Assembly: GCA_036172245.1 (NCBI GenBank)
Contig: JAYWIR010000039.1
Span: 1,364,001-1,428,000, forward strand
Source of the DNA: Raillietiella orientalis
Taxonomy: Eukaryota
DNA length: 64,000 bases
Reading direction: 5' to 3'
Every line of letters starts with the position of its first letter. Within the stretch, counting starts at the first letter, position 1. Of this stretch, positions 12,300-24,799 are shown in pieces. The notes under the pieces are model-generated. The model was not told where the DNA came from. It ran no database searches and saw nothing but the letters and a program-made list of their open reading frames with translations. The translations under genes and the position numbers were made by a program.

Positions 12300-13030
12300 T
12301 ATTCCAGCCCGTGGACACGTTGGGTGCTAGAGACAACCAGCCGCGAGTAGACTCATTTTCAGTCTCATGTCAGGAATGGCAGCAGGATGTCCAGCCCCGC
12401 ATCATCTCTTCTTCCCTGTGGGGATGCCAGGACTCGAGGGGATGTCAACTGCTGGAGCTCTCACGGCCACCCGAACATCCCGCGCAGATAGAGGTCCTAT
12501 TGCGCTTGGTCCACTTTCTGTGTCGACCACTATTGTACGCGTCAGAGAGGCACGCGACATCCGGGATGACCATTCTTCTTCTCTTGAGCAGCATCAGGTC
12601 CGGGAGCGTGCGAGAGTCCCCTCCGGCGATGGGCTCATCGCAGGAATCTCCGCTGCCGTCGCCAGCTGCTGAAGGCGCGCGTCGCGTCGCCTCTCCCGAT
12701 GCACTCGAGAGGGCGCCGCGAGGCACCGACTCGGAGGCATACGAGGCGGCGCCTCATCCCAAACTCGGTTTCCTCCGCAGCCGCGAACGCAATCCTGCTG
12801 ACCGGAAGGCCGTTCGGTCGGGTGGCTTGCAGCAGCCGGGATGCTGTGCTCCGACGGAGTGAGGATGCGTCCCGACCTCCTGAGCAACCCGATGCTCAAG
12901 ATGGCTTTTGTCTGGGATTTCGCGACACCAGGGATGCCGCGCCCGACCGCGTGCTGAAGGCCGCGGGCACTTGACGCCAGCCCCACGGCCGCCTCGGACG
13001 CGCGCTGTCGCCAACGGCAATCCGCGGGTG
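12300..13030 (-). mobile_element. 3' remnant of an R2/NeSL/R4-type non-LTR retrotransposon (CCHC knuckle plus restriction-like endonuclease)
   Basis: In order on the minus strand: W...LASSARGLQ; a decayed zinc knuckle CVRGCGG..WDE.....C....RERRRDARLQQLA; EPIAGGDSRTLPDLMLLKRRRMVIPDVAC..D...RKWTK (PD..D motif); then PLESWHP, resembling the ALGSWxP motif. This is the canonical REL-clade order. Frameshifted. Confidence 0.7.
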
Positions 13031-15529
13031 TCTGCCCACGAACGCTCGTCTCGCGAGATGACAGGCGTCTCCCTGACGTCTCGCCCATGCTGTTTTTTTT
13101 TTTTTTTTCTGGTATTTCCCGGAAATCCATCCAACGCATTTCGCTGCTGATGGAACAGCTGCAGACACGCGGTTTGTGCCACGTACCCAGCTGTGACCAC
13201 CACCCAACCCATTCGGATCGTCTACCGACCAGGACACCATTCAAACGACCAGTGGACGGCCTACTCAGTCGAGCCGCTGGAACATCACTAGCACGCAAAC
13301 CGCTCAATGCTCAGGAAGGCGGGGAAAGTATCCTGAGCAGAGATGAAGATCAGGGTCAAAGATGAGCATGATGGACAAAGTTCTTTCCTCAACGAGCTCA
13401 AGTCTTCTCACAGCTCCCACTTTTAGGCACCGGCGAAGGAGCAGCCAGACAGTGGAAACCTGAAAAAGTCCCCTTCTCTCGCATCCCTTTTTGCAATGGT
13501 CAACTTCCTTCCCTTAGAGCAGGCTGCACTGCAGATAAGGGTGTGGCGGCGTGTGGCCCATCTCCTGATCTCCGAGATGGCGAGAAATTCATTTTCTCGC
13601 GTGATGAACTCCTCCCGACAGGAGGCGTTTGAGTTGCTTGCCCAAGCACGCGCGGGTCCACTTCTTCTGGAATCTGAGACAAATTCCCATGTTCAGCGGC
13701 AAGGAAGGGGAAGTTCCGCGAATGCGCAGATGCCGCTCTCGAGGATCGCGATGCACCCGTGACGACGGGCAAGAGGCCGATCCGCCAGCGACGACAGTGA
13801 CATACAGGTCTTCTCAGCACCGCGACAGCAAGCTGACGTCTCTGCGACACTCTGGGAGCACCAGAAACGTTCTAAGAGTCCCGCTTCAAACGTCTCCCAT
13901 GAAGAGATGAGGAGCAGTTCCTGTTCGCCAGTCGGTGTGGTATTTTTTTTTGTGTGTTTTTGGTTTTCTTGTTCTGTTGCTTGCCACCCTGTGCGCACAC
14001 TCGGCAAGCACGTGAAGGACCTGATAGATCCCGCCTTCCCGGGAATTCCATCCAGGAGAGCACCACGGAGAAGATCGCTGAAGTCCACTGGCACGCCTCC
14101 GGGAAACAAAACTCGCCTCTGGGCAGAAGTGAGGTCGGCTTCCGCAGCACGTCTCTCTTCGGCAAAGCCAGGATGGACGTAAGGGGCCTCCGTGGTCTAG
14201 ATGGGATGAAGGACCTCCCGGCCGAGGTCCTTCACCAAACTCGGCACCACAACACAGACCTATACCTACTGCGAGCTGGTGGTCCTAGGAATCAAATATT
14301 AGGGCGCCGAGGGTATGTCTCAGCGGCTGGGAAGCTGTCGCATTCGAACCAATTTCTGTTATTTCTGGAGGTGGAATAGGATGGATGGAGCACGGAGGCC
14401 AAGAAGGAAGAATGTGAAGGATTCTGGAGAACGTAGGCGGCTTGACGACGACGCTCCATGATTATTGTGGACTTGAACGTAAGTCACGAAGAGCGCTGCA
14501 GATGACCTCGGGTTGTTGGGAGAAACCCTACGAGATTGGGTTGGAGATTCTGTCCTTGTCCTCACGCAATGTACGGGGTCATTAGGATGGAATCCTATGA
14601 TGTCGTAGAAGGTGGAGAATGCTGTCCATGAAAAGCTCTTCTCTTGTATGCATTTCTCATGCTGATTCTTTTTTCCTCTCTACCACTCTGCCTCGTTCCT
14701 GCCTACGCAGCCACAGTGGAGCACTCCTCGTGGTTCACTCCTGTCCCCTGTCCGGAAGGCGCATAGGTGCTCAGAAAGGGTGAGAAGCAGGGAACGAGAC
14801 CGGTCCTGAGGGACGTGGAAATCCACCCTCCATCCAGCATCCTGCGGAAGCAGAGTGCAGGACGGGTAATCTTGCTGCAGAGCGCTGTGACACCAAGTGG
14901 CTTTGCTTAAGGGCGAACAGGCATCAAGGCTGCGTGACAGCAACGCCTGGCGAAGCAGGGGACGGGATGGCAATCACAACGGCAGCAGCTAAGTAGCGGC
15001 AGCAGGGCAGCCAAACTCTCCTCGGGCGGAAACAGTGGTGTAGATAAATCTTGATAATGGGACCGAACCCGAGGAGCAAGGGATCGACCAGCGAGGCTGA
15101 GATTGATGGCCGGTTATGCCTCGTTCACACGGCTTCGATGGCATCATCGATGACGTAACTCAAGGGGGAACCGCGAAGGCACGACAGATCCGCGCGTTTC
15201 CAATCAATAAGACGTCCGGAAAACTTCTCGGACCGCAGCAGAGGTCTCTCAGCGCCCACACCGCATTTCGTAGTGATCTGCCTGTTGCGACAATCTGACC
15301 ATCCATTGCAACCCGCCGGCACATCTTCGTCAGTCGCCCTCCGATATGAGGATATGAGGGATGCGTCGAGTTCGCCATCGGGAAGATTCGCCTGACTCAA
15401 ATCTTACCAACTGATGATGGAAGCAATTCTACAGCAGCAGTTCGCACTGGGGCTTGCGTGAAGTTTGCTTAGGCTGAAGCACAAGACGCCGATCCGCATC
15501 TTTTCCTTTCCTCCTTCCGATTTCGGTGC

Positions 15530-15690
15530 GAGCAGTAGCCGGAAAGGGACTGCCCTACGTCTTTGAAGCTCCCGGAGCAGCGCTTCCTTCGCTCTCAGGC
15601 ATGCTGTGCTTATGTTCAGGACATTGGAACTTGATGGAGTGATCGAATGAACCAGCAGTCGCTCGACAAGTTCACGAGAGCAGCGGCGGT
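15530..15690 (-). pseudogene. CARD-like death-fold domain remnant
   Basis: ELVERLLVHSITPSSSNVLNISTACLRAKEALLRELQRRRAVPFRLLL fits the CARD helix 2-5 spacing (hhDxL...LLxxLxxRGxxxFxxhh). Confidence 0.45.
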
Positions 15691-17479
15691 CCACCGCATG
15701 GAATGATGGCGCGGGAACCCTGTCCGTTGATGACGTTGCTGTGAACAGGCGCCTGCCTGGATAACAGGCGATCCGCCCCGGAAACCCAGTCCTCTCCTTT
15801 TGGCAGTGGAGGGATGCAGATTGCAGTCTTCACATAAACTTGCAGAAAGATCAATTAAGATCAGCTTAGAGGAACTTGGGAGGTCATGCGATGCAAAACT
15901 TACAACGGCTCCCCTTCTTCTTGCCGCCGTACAGCTCGCAACACGTGTGGATGATGTGAGCCCATGCAAAGCGTTCCTTACAGCTGTTTGGGATGCAGGA
16001 GTGAGTTGAATGGATTTCTTGAGATGTTCGTGCACGCATTTCGCAGCAGACCCTAGATGCTGTAGCTGCCAATGAAAGAGTGTCTCGTCTTGTACCATTC
16101 TTTCTTTAAAAAAAGAAAAAAAAAACTTTCTTCCCCAGCCTACGTCAAGAAGGCTTCGAATGCTCGCCTGGCTGGCAACGCATACGTAACCAGGCGGAGA
16201 AGGAGGGGAGAGGCATCCCCCCCCCCCCCCCACCTTGCTACTGCGTCGCCGGGAACAGGGCAGGCGCTGTCTGCTGCCTTGGGTTTCTCGACCCGACCGA
16301 ACTTGGGCTTCCTCCTTGACCCAGGATTCACGCTGCAGCTTTCAATCCGCTGGAACTCTCGTAGAAGGCCTCGGGGCAGACTGGAAGCGTCGCTTCCAGT
16401 CTGCCCCGGTGGTAATCCTGCACGCTGATCCACTCTGTCTTTCTTCCTTTCTTTTTTTTTTTTCTGATTAAATTTTTCTAAGGTCCACTCAGGAAATAAC
16501 AAATGCAAGTTTTGCCTGAAGCCCGCATCTAATGCCTACTCTTGCACGTTATCTTTGCAGCAGCCAAAAACAGGATTTGGCCCCTCTGAAGATGCTTTCT
16601 CTCCGGGCTCCATAAGCAGAGTAAATAGCTTCAGTTAATGACTAGAAAGCTAATGCAGAATCCCTCTCTATCTCTGTCGCTAAAAAAAGAACTTACAGGA
16701 AAAAACAATTAAATAAATAGGCGGATAAATAAACAGACGAATCGCAAGCAGAATTTAGGTGAACTGCATCCAAACATCTTCTGTTCCTTCAGCTGCAGAG
16801 TTATTTCTTGGCGGAGAATTTCTTTCTAGTTCGTGAGATGCCATCTTTTCTTTGCCTTCGTTGGACGTCCGAGGAGAGAGACTGTCCACAGCATCCGCTG
16901 TTTAAATTGCTTGGCCTCGATGATGGCTCTACTTTGGCGAAGAGGTGATTGCTTCGCCGTCATCTTGCGAACTCATGGTCGAGTTCACCATCGGCAGAGC
17001 GTTTCGTTCCTCCGGTGCGAAATGAAATCCAAGACGGCCCGCCGGAGACGCTCCTTCCGCAAGCACACCCTCGAAGCAGAAAGCATCGGATGTCCACCGA
17101 AAGTGCCCTCTTCCCTGGTCACGACCTCGTGTCGGATTGTCTCCCTTCTTGGAGCTTGCGTCTCGCCGGTGCCTGAAACCGAGCACTCGGGTTGCCGATT
17201 TCCTTCCCTTCTGGTTTCACCGTTTTGGCGGCGGCGAGAACAAACAGCCTTCCTGTCGTCATCCGGACTGCCGCGATTCCCACTTTGGCTCCAGGGACTC
17301 TTTCCGCAACCTCTGGAGCGATGTGATCAGTGAGTGCCCATCGTGGTGGTCCGCGGAAAGCCTGGACCGTCACGGCAACCAAAGTCCGTTGGGGGTTGCA
17401 TCCGTTCCCAGCCTTCTCCCGGTTACTTCCTGAGTGGCATGGTGAACATTTAGGAGGGCAAGGGCTTGCAGCACTTTCG

Positions 17480-17940
17480 GGTACACAGCGGCAATGCCTC
17501 CTCCTCCAGCCATTCAGACCACTACAACGGTGAGAGAAATACCTGGCGGATGTTTTATAACTTACTCGCAACTCTTCTCCCACAGGGTAGCAAGAGAGCC
17601 TCAGGATGAGTACGTGGGTAGGGAACATCCCCTTTGCCTCCGCGATGCCCTCTCTGAGGGAGAGTAATAAAAGTGACCTACGGGCAAAATGGGAGGTGAC
17701 CCGCAAGATCGCAGGGAAAAGGAAACTCCTTAGTGAGCGACAGTCAGCACGATCGATTTGCTGACCCCAAGTATTCCACCCAGACGATTCCTCCGACGTG
17801 CAAAGCTCCTGCGGATTCCTTCTGAAGAACCGGAACTGCCCGAAGCTCTCGCTCCGTCCTTCCCCTGAAGTGACAGAAGTCGCTGCTGCTGATGCTGCAT
17901 CAGGGCCTCCTGTGCAATACTCTCCAGCACCACTTTCATC
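17480..17940 (+). mobile_element. R1 internal fragment
   Basis: AMPSLRESNKSDLRAKWEVTRKIAGKR...LTPSIPPR...LPLK*QKSLLLMLHQGLLCN aligns with VLPSLREHLGSNHSVKWEVSCEISQK...STPSVPPK...LPLKWQELALLLLN*DLPCN at 37.2-37.5k. Confidence 0.8.
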
Positions 17941-18784
17941 CAGTTGTGCCGGAGCGTTTGTTTTCCTAAAAGGAAAAGCAGGAAGGCTACGTGGATTGAT
18001 GAATCCACTGGGAGTGTCAGGAATTCGAGGTGGAGGAAGAAGAAGAAAAGAAACACCGTCTACTCGCCCAGGTCGGCCGCGCGTAAGTCGGGAGGGAGGG
18101 GGGGGATGCAGGGGATGGAACCATAAACGAATAAAAAGGGAGGAAGAGAAGTGGGTCAGTCGCCAGCTTCATGGCGTCTTCTGTGACCTGCGTGCTATGC
18201 GGGGGGTCCTCCTCGAATCTGTCATTCTGAAAAGGCCGTCTGACCACATCTCCCATCGCTTCGTGTGGTCCTCCTCTCTACCAACGAGCCTCCTCCTGCG
18301 TGTTCCGGGACGCCATGGTCCTCCAGACGCGACGCAGGGTCGGTGGAGATCGGGGAAGCAGGAGAAAACCTGTCCCGGATGAAGCAACGCCGAGGCGGCT
18401 CTTCCGGAGTGTCTCCGTGTGGAACAGCCGCGAGGCGTTTCCACGCGCTCCGAAGGTCACCGCATTCCAGCAGCAGGTGCGCGCGCCCGAGTGTCCTCCC
18501 CTGCAGCTGGCGCAGCCTGGGGAGGCGCTGCCCACCCGTCCGGCGAGGCTGCCGCCATACGGGCGGGAAGCCCTGGTGCACCAACAGCAAAGCCTCTTCG
18601 TGCTGCAGCCTGCCGGGGGAGAACCAAGATGTCCGGTTTAGGGGTGGGGTGGGGGGGGGGTCACCATCTCCGATGGCAGAATCCCCAGGCATTCATTCCT
18701 GCCAACGGAGCGGTCCTTTAGCACGGGTCACGGAGTGTAACCGCATCAGTCATCCGGCCTGCCTTCCCGCGACCCCTTAAGTCC

Positions 18785-20712
18785 CGTCGCTCCAACCCTC
18801 CCTGCCGGTTGGAGCTTCTTTCCCCTAGGGAGAAAGATTTGCGGTTCTAGGGGGTGTCAGTGGCTTGGGACTACTCCTTCCTTCCCCCTTCCTCTAGGAG
18901 GACTGCTCCCAGGTTGCGGGCGGGACGTGTCGACGCTGCGTCAGTGAGCGTGCCTGCTGCTCCCTTCGGCCAAGCGTTGGAGTTTGCAGGGCGGCGGGAG
19001 ATCCGCTGACGCCCGTCCCACGGGGCGGCGATCCTCCTCAGCGGAAACCCGAAACAACTTCATGCGGTCTCGGTTGCGAGATAGCAACGACGGCATCCCC
19101 CTCGCAGCCGACTGCGCCCCTCAGGATCACGCGCCCAGACCTTGGTGACTCATCCAGTTCTCGGCCGTCAGGACCACCACCTCTAAACTGGAGCTGTCTG
19201 TCCATCTTCTCCAGCGCGAGGATGGAGAGTGCCACATCCTCTCGCGGCACAACGAAGTCCCTGAGGCGAATCTTCAGTCCCGAGGTACCCCACGGTGCTT
19301 CCCGCAGGAGGACTGTCCGTCTTGCGCCTCGCCTCGCATGGCGGGAGCGGAACGGGAAAGAGTGGGGGTCGGAGAAGGGAGGGAAAAGCGAAGACGTTCC
19401 GAATGGACGGCCGTTCCGGCGAGAAAGACTTGCCACCCGAGAAGGGGCCAGCTCCACTTCTGCCTTCTGGAGGCAACCGGACCAAACATCTGCGGGAGAG
19501 AAGTCTCCAAAGGGCATGCCAAGATGCTGTCCATCGAGGTCCCCAATAGGATCCGACACTCCCTCCACACCTACGATAACGACCTTCGGCTTTTTCCTGC
19601 TCACTCTCGTGCCCGCCTCTCGGTGTCGAAGAATTACTCGAGCGGTGCTGCCGGGGTTGACATGGGGAGCAGGAGAAGGACCGCGTACGAGGACAGGAAG
19701 AGGACAAGGTGTCCAAAGTTTTTCTGTATGCGTCCAGTACCAACTGGAAGCGGATGCTGGACGGAGTAGGGCTCGAGCTACCACCCTGTGCGATTCTTAC
19801 TCCGCGCTGGCGGTGCGAGCCGAAATGCCGCCGGAAGCGACATTTCTCATCGCGTCACGCCGAAGCGAGCGCAGGGAGAGGAGGAGGGTTTGCGGAAGGC
19901 CTCAGAGCTCCAGGAGTTCCTGAAGGAGTTGCTGATTCAAAGGGTAGAACGCCCTTTTGAGATTGACTGCGATCCTCAAGTTCCCCGGTCACCGCTCTCT
20001 GGCCTGTTGTCCCGGTGCCTTCTGTGCTCCTGCAGGCTCGCGAGACTCAGCCTCCTTTCCAGAACCACCGGATTGAGGAGAGTGTGGCTTCGAAAATCGC
20101 TCCGGGAGCGCGATAGGAGTTCTTCCCACGCCTGCTTGTGGGTCGCGTTGCCCTCCATCCAGCACGGGAACGCTTTCCCTCGGTGGTCGACCCCAAAGGC
20201 GTTCTGAAGAGCCTCTTCGCGAGGAGGGCAATGCCTTCCGCCGCGTCGACGGCAGTTGTCTGCAACCTCCTCGGATTCCACGCACCCCGGGGTAGTGGCT
20301 GCTTGGGGCTCCTCCAGAAGAGGAAGGACGACAGAGACGTCGTCTGGTTCCCGATCTGCTTCGGGAGGATTACTCCACCTTGGTGGGAGCAAGGAGGAAT
20401 TTGCTAGCATCCTTCAGAGGATGCGGACTACGCCACAGAACGAACTCGGTCCCTTTCCGATCCCTCAAAGGTCCTCCCAAACAGATATTCTTCATCTGTT
20501 CTCCCCGAAAGATTTCCTCATGTATTTTTCCATTTTCGTTTCCTCCTTCCACTGTTCCCCGATGTGGATTTCGCCGGCCAACTGACCGGTTTTTCGGCAT
20601 CTCCACCTGAATGTTTTGGGGGCGATGGGTTTCTTGCCCAAGCAATAAGCATGGGAGCATGCTTATTGCTTGTGTCGATAAACGCCCCAGGGGGATGTGA
20701 CCCGGTCTTAAC
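18785..20712 (+). mobile_element. Near full-length, divergent R1 copy (disabled ORF ~19150-20450)
   Basis: Leader hairpins at 18789-18815 and ~18817-18838. Motifs in order: TTSKLELSVHLL, EKDLPP, DPQVPR, DPKGVLKSLFARRAM, GVVAAWG..DDRDVVWFPICF, LHLGGSKEEFASILQRMR. Then a T-rich tract and the terminus GATAAACGCCCC...GTGACCCGGTCTTAAC. Confidence 0.7.
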
Positions 20713-22597
20713 TGGAACGCTATCCAATTATCCCAGCTATTGACAACGTTTGGTCTTCTATTCTCTTTCGTCACCAGAGCTTCCTCGATGATGGGTTCCT
20801 CTTTTTTTGGGAGTGACACTTGCGGTGGTTTCTCATTGCCTGTACACCATAGAATTTCCCTGACCTCTTCTCCCCAGCCTATCCTTGTACCGTAGAAAGA
20901 CGACCATGACCTTCCTTCACGAGTTCGTCCGAGGCCTCCCGAACGGCGCACTCTCTGCTCAACGTGATGATCCCCGCGCTCAAGACGGATCTGCTCCTCA
21001 AAGCAAGGGACTGCGTCCTTGCTGTGCGGAGCGGCTTTCCGTCTGTCGATCTTCCACCCCGAGGACGCTGGTCGCAAGAAAAAAAAAAAGAGAGAGAAAA
21101 GGAAAAGAAAGAAAGACTGCAGCTACGGCGACGTCTGTTGTCATCGCCTCAGCCACGTGGATGGACGTTCCTCTCTCTGCTTCAGCTAGCGAGGAGACCT
21201 CTGGAATCGCCCGTCCGACGCGCGCGATTGCGAGCATCGATGTTTATCTCGGAGGAATCTCGACATACCTGTTCATGAGCCCGGTGGTGGGGGAGATCGT
21301 GACTGGAAATTTTCCGAACCCGACCTCTCCACTGGGAACCTGCTTCTGTACCATAGCCTTCGTGCCCACCTTGCTTCCGCGACGTGACGAAGACGTGTCG
21401 TCGGACGAGAGTTTTTTGGGGGGGGACGCTCCGTCGACGAGGACAAGCGACAACATTCCCCCCGGGTGCCGGTTACATGGCGAGAGGTTCCTTGCTGCTC
21501 TCACCCGTAGCCGCGGGACTTACCGAACGACGCAAATCTCGTCGGTTCCTGAGAGGGCTGCCGCCCTCGAAGGGGCACGCTCCCTGGAACTCCCGCTCGC
21601 TCCACTCGAGGGAAGACTCTCCATGAACTTCCTGGAAGGCTCCGTCTTTCAGAGTCCAGAGCATGGCGATCCTTGATGATTCCGTCGGATACGTGGCAGC
21701 GATTCATGAAGCGCCGAGCTTGGTTGATGGCAGCCTTGGTGGCGCCACGAGAGTTTGCCTTTCCCCGTCGGTGTGGATTTCAAGTCGACCAACTTCTTAA
21801 AAGCTGTTCTTGTAATAAAATCTTCCAGGATTAGAGGGATATCTCGTTTCTCACTCACACCTTGCCCATGCTGATTTGTCTCCCAAAGAAACTGAACAGA
21901 GAAGCTCTTGGTTTTCGTTCCCAGAAGAAAGAAATTGTTGTCCAGAAACCACCACCGTCCTCTCCAAGATCCAGAAGTTTGTCGGCTGAAACATCGGCAG
22001 TCGTTAAGAAAGAAAGAAAAAAGACTCAGCATTGCTGCCATGAATGCTCAAATTTTATCCCTGGGAAAAGGGCGTTGTCGTTTTTTCCTTTTTTTGGTGA
22101 TGGTGATGGTGGTGCATCGGTTCTGAAAGATGCGAAAACACCATTGGGTTCCTTTCTCTCCCGTGGTGGATTCGTGCCTAGCAGCCTAAAATTCGTACCT
22201 GTGTCCAAAGATCCGTAGCGAGAGGGATCCATCAACACTGTTCGGCCACCTTCCTGCGTCGTCCAAAGTCCACGCTTCCAGCCAAGCCGTCGGCGTACCG
22301 AGTCCTTCGGCCCGCGGATTCGATGTGCCCGCGAACTTTTCTTCATTTCGCCCCCATGAGTAGTAGGTCCGTGTGAGAGGACGTGGATTATTGGGGATCC
22401 CGATTTGCTTTGCCGCCTTCCACCCGCTTCCAGCTCCTCGTCCTGCTTGGTTTTGTTTTCTCCGTTCGCCGAAGGTCACCCAAGAACCGGCTGCTTCACC
22501 CCACAGCGGGCATCGCAGCGGCTCGACAACGCCGCCGCCGCGTCAGGGAAATCTCCTCGCAAGCCTCTTCCATTGGCCCACGCCTGAGGTGCCGAGG

Positions 22598-22766
22598 TGC
22601 AGTGGTGGCCGTGTGGCTGCGGTCTCCGGCGCGTGTCACCCCCAAGCGTCGCGGATTCGAATCCTCCCGTTAACGGATCGACGCTTGGAAATGGATGCTC
22701 CGTGACTTTCCAGTCCCCCCGCAAGATGATGCTGGTTGGCCTCGGTTGGCTTCGGGTGTGGCACTG
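22598..22766 (+). mobile_element. R1 head and leader (host copy, left part)
   Basis: GCAGTGGTGGCCGTGTGG (A-box 22606-22616), GATTCGAATCC (22654-22664), then GATGCTGGTTGGCCTCGGTTGGCTTCGGGTGTGGCACTG. Confidence 0.85.
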
Positions 22767-23475
22767 GTTGACACCCGGTCCCGCCGGGCGTTTATTTCTA
22801 AACCTACATGTCTGTGGCAAGACGTTTGATCCTGCCACGTTACTTATGAATACGAAAAGCAACCTGCTGGGATCTGGCTCCCAGGCCAGAAGGTTCGCCT
22901 CGGCAGCACAGGGGAAAGAGAGACAAAAAGAAAAACAAACAAAACAATAAATGCAGTCAAAAAATAGGGGAGGGGGAAGGGGTTAGGAAAGGGATTACTG
23001 TGTGCTGGAGGGCGTCCTCTGCATCCTTGTAAGGATGCCGGCAAGTTCCTGTTTCAAGACTCTCAGATGGGACCGACCATCTTGACGCTGTCCTCATGGA
23101 GAGGATAGCAGAATAGATGGCGTCCCTGTCGTCCTGGCCTCCTCTGGCGTTGCTCCATGCAGCCGCGATCCCGCGTAGGCAGCAAAGTGCTGCTAGGGAA
23201 GCGGCCGGCGTGAGGGCGTCGCGCAGGAAGAGGCGCTTCAAGACGTCTCCGAGGTTGCCTTGGGGACCAGCAAGGACGCGGCGAACTGGAGCAAGGAAAC
23301 GGCGGGCAACACAATCCACCAGGAGGTGCGGGAAGGATTCCCGCCCCCCGCGCCTTGCACAGTTTTAGTCCACATACATCCCGTGTCCAGTGATGGACCA
23401 GGGCGGGCGTTGCACGGGAGCCCCCAGTGCACCATCATCAATGCCGACTCCTGCCACTCTAAAGGGAGGGTGCGG
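22767..23475 (-). mobile_element. 5'-truncated R1 copy with intact 3' end, nested antisense in another R1 copy
   Basis: The minus strand encodes RTLPLEWQESALMMVHWGLPCN...DVLKRLFLRDALTPAASLAALCCLRGIAAAWSNARGGQDDRDAI, then a T-tract, hairpins and AATAAACGCCCGGCGGGACCGGGTGTCAAC. Confidence 0.85.
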
Positions 23476-23960
23476 GTGGAAGCCGGAAACTCACGTTGAC
23501 GGGCCGAGACTGGAAGCTGACCCTCCAGGGTTCTTCCGGGAATCAAGGAGCCCTTCGGCGTTCCCCTTCGGTTGTGAAAATGGAGCCGTCCCTCCCCTCA
23601 GGGGACGATCCTCCATCGCTTACTTAAAGCTGGTTGATAGGTGCGTCTAAGAAGCGCGCCGCTCCCATCGGGGAGCGGTCCTCCAGAGAGAAATCGGGAA
23701 GAGTCCCTTCTTGGTTCTTTTCAGAGGGGAAACCAGGAGCGCATCCTTTCCGGAGGATCCCTCCAGAGAAGAAATGAGGAGAAGCCCTCTCCGGGGACCC
23801 ATCCAGAGAGACCAAAGAAGAGGCTTCCTTCGGAGGAACAGTCTCCTTCCTCCTTGGCCCTTCCTTGATAGGGTGGTCCCTCCGGGGTTGCCTCCTAACT
23901 CTTGAGACACACCCTGGGTGGAAAGGGCAGCGCTAAAACCCTTCCCTCACCCCAAGGAGG
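23476..23960 (+). mobile_element. R1 leader and ORF start (host copy, right part)
   Basis: Resumes at GTGGAAGCCGG exactly where 22766 (…CACTG) stopped relative to the uninterrupted copy at 33.97k (CGCTGGTGGAAGCCGG). ATG at 23580; PPGLPPNS motif. Confidence 0.85.
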
Positions 23961-24799
23961 CGCACGATTCATCAGCACTTGGCGAACAGGACACCAATTG
24001 CGGACGCGGCTGGTGTCCTCAGCCAGCACCAACCCAGCGCCACCTTGCGGATGCCGTGCGCGGAAGCCTTTGGCCACCGGCCCGGGCAACGGTGATGTTC
24101 CAAGGAAAGCCAAGGTCCCCCTCTTCGGGGCGAGAGTTCCGCGCTGCATCACTGGCGTCACTTCCTCCTCCGAGTGCCGGCTGTCCCTTGCACCTCGCTC
24201 CCCGGTTTCTCCTTCGATGATGCCGGAAGGCACCTGTCGCCGTCCCCGGAAGGATGCGCCTCGCTGTTAGGGGGGCCGAGGGATGCTGGAAAGCTCTTCT
24301 CCATTCTTCGTCTGGCTGTCTGCCTGCACGTGCTGAGCCAGCGGGCGGGCGGCTCCGAAGGGCGCGCGTTCCTCCTCTTCCACCTCGAATCCGAGACTGC
24401 AGGGGGTCCTTCCCATTGAGGTCGGGCGGGGCGGTGTGTCGGAACAGCGCGTTCCTCGGCGGGAACCTACCCCAGCAGTATTGAGGAAAACATGATGACC
24501 CCATCGTCGAGCGCCGCGAGGGATTTCGGCGCATCGAAAAATTAAAAAAAATAAAGAAAAAAGAAGCTCATTGTTTCTTCTTCTTCTCGGACGCCTGCGA
24601 CGAAATTCGAATTAGTAACGAAGAGCCTTGGCGCCAAGAAGGAAGCCGACTTCCCCCCTCAGCCGAGAAGAAAGCAGTGGTCCAGGAAGTACAGCTCTGC
24701 GTAAAAAGAAGTGACGTCAGCTTGCGCAATGCTACAATTAGCTTCTCTTCCACGCAGGAAGAATTCCGAGTCGGTTTCCTGCCGTAAGAGGCAGGTTTT

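Noticed and set aside
13300..14400. LRR remnants at 13.3-14.4k (and 21.3-21.7k)
   Set aside because: Leucine periodicity is suggestive (GLRGLDGMKDLPAEVL; TQISSVPE...NFLEGSVFQ) but there is no clean LxxLxLxxN unit.
15120..15660. Ty3/gypsy RT remnant (GIIDDV ... VEFA ... MMEAIL) on the plus strand
   Set aside because: The spacing from the DD motif to VEFA is about twice the expected distance, and the opposite strand gives a better CARD-like reading.
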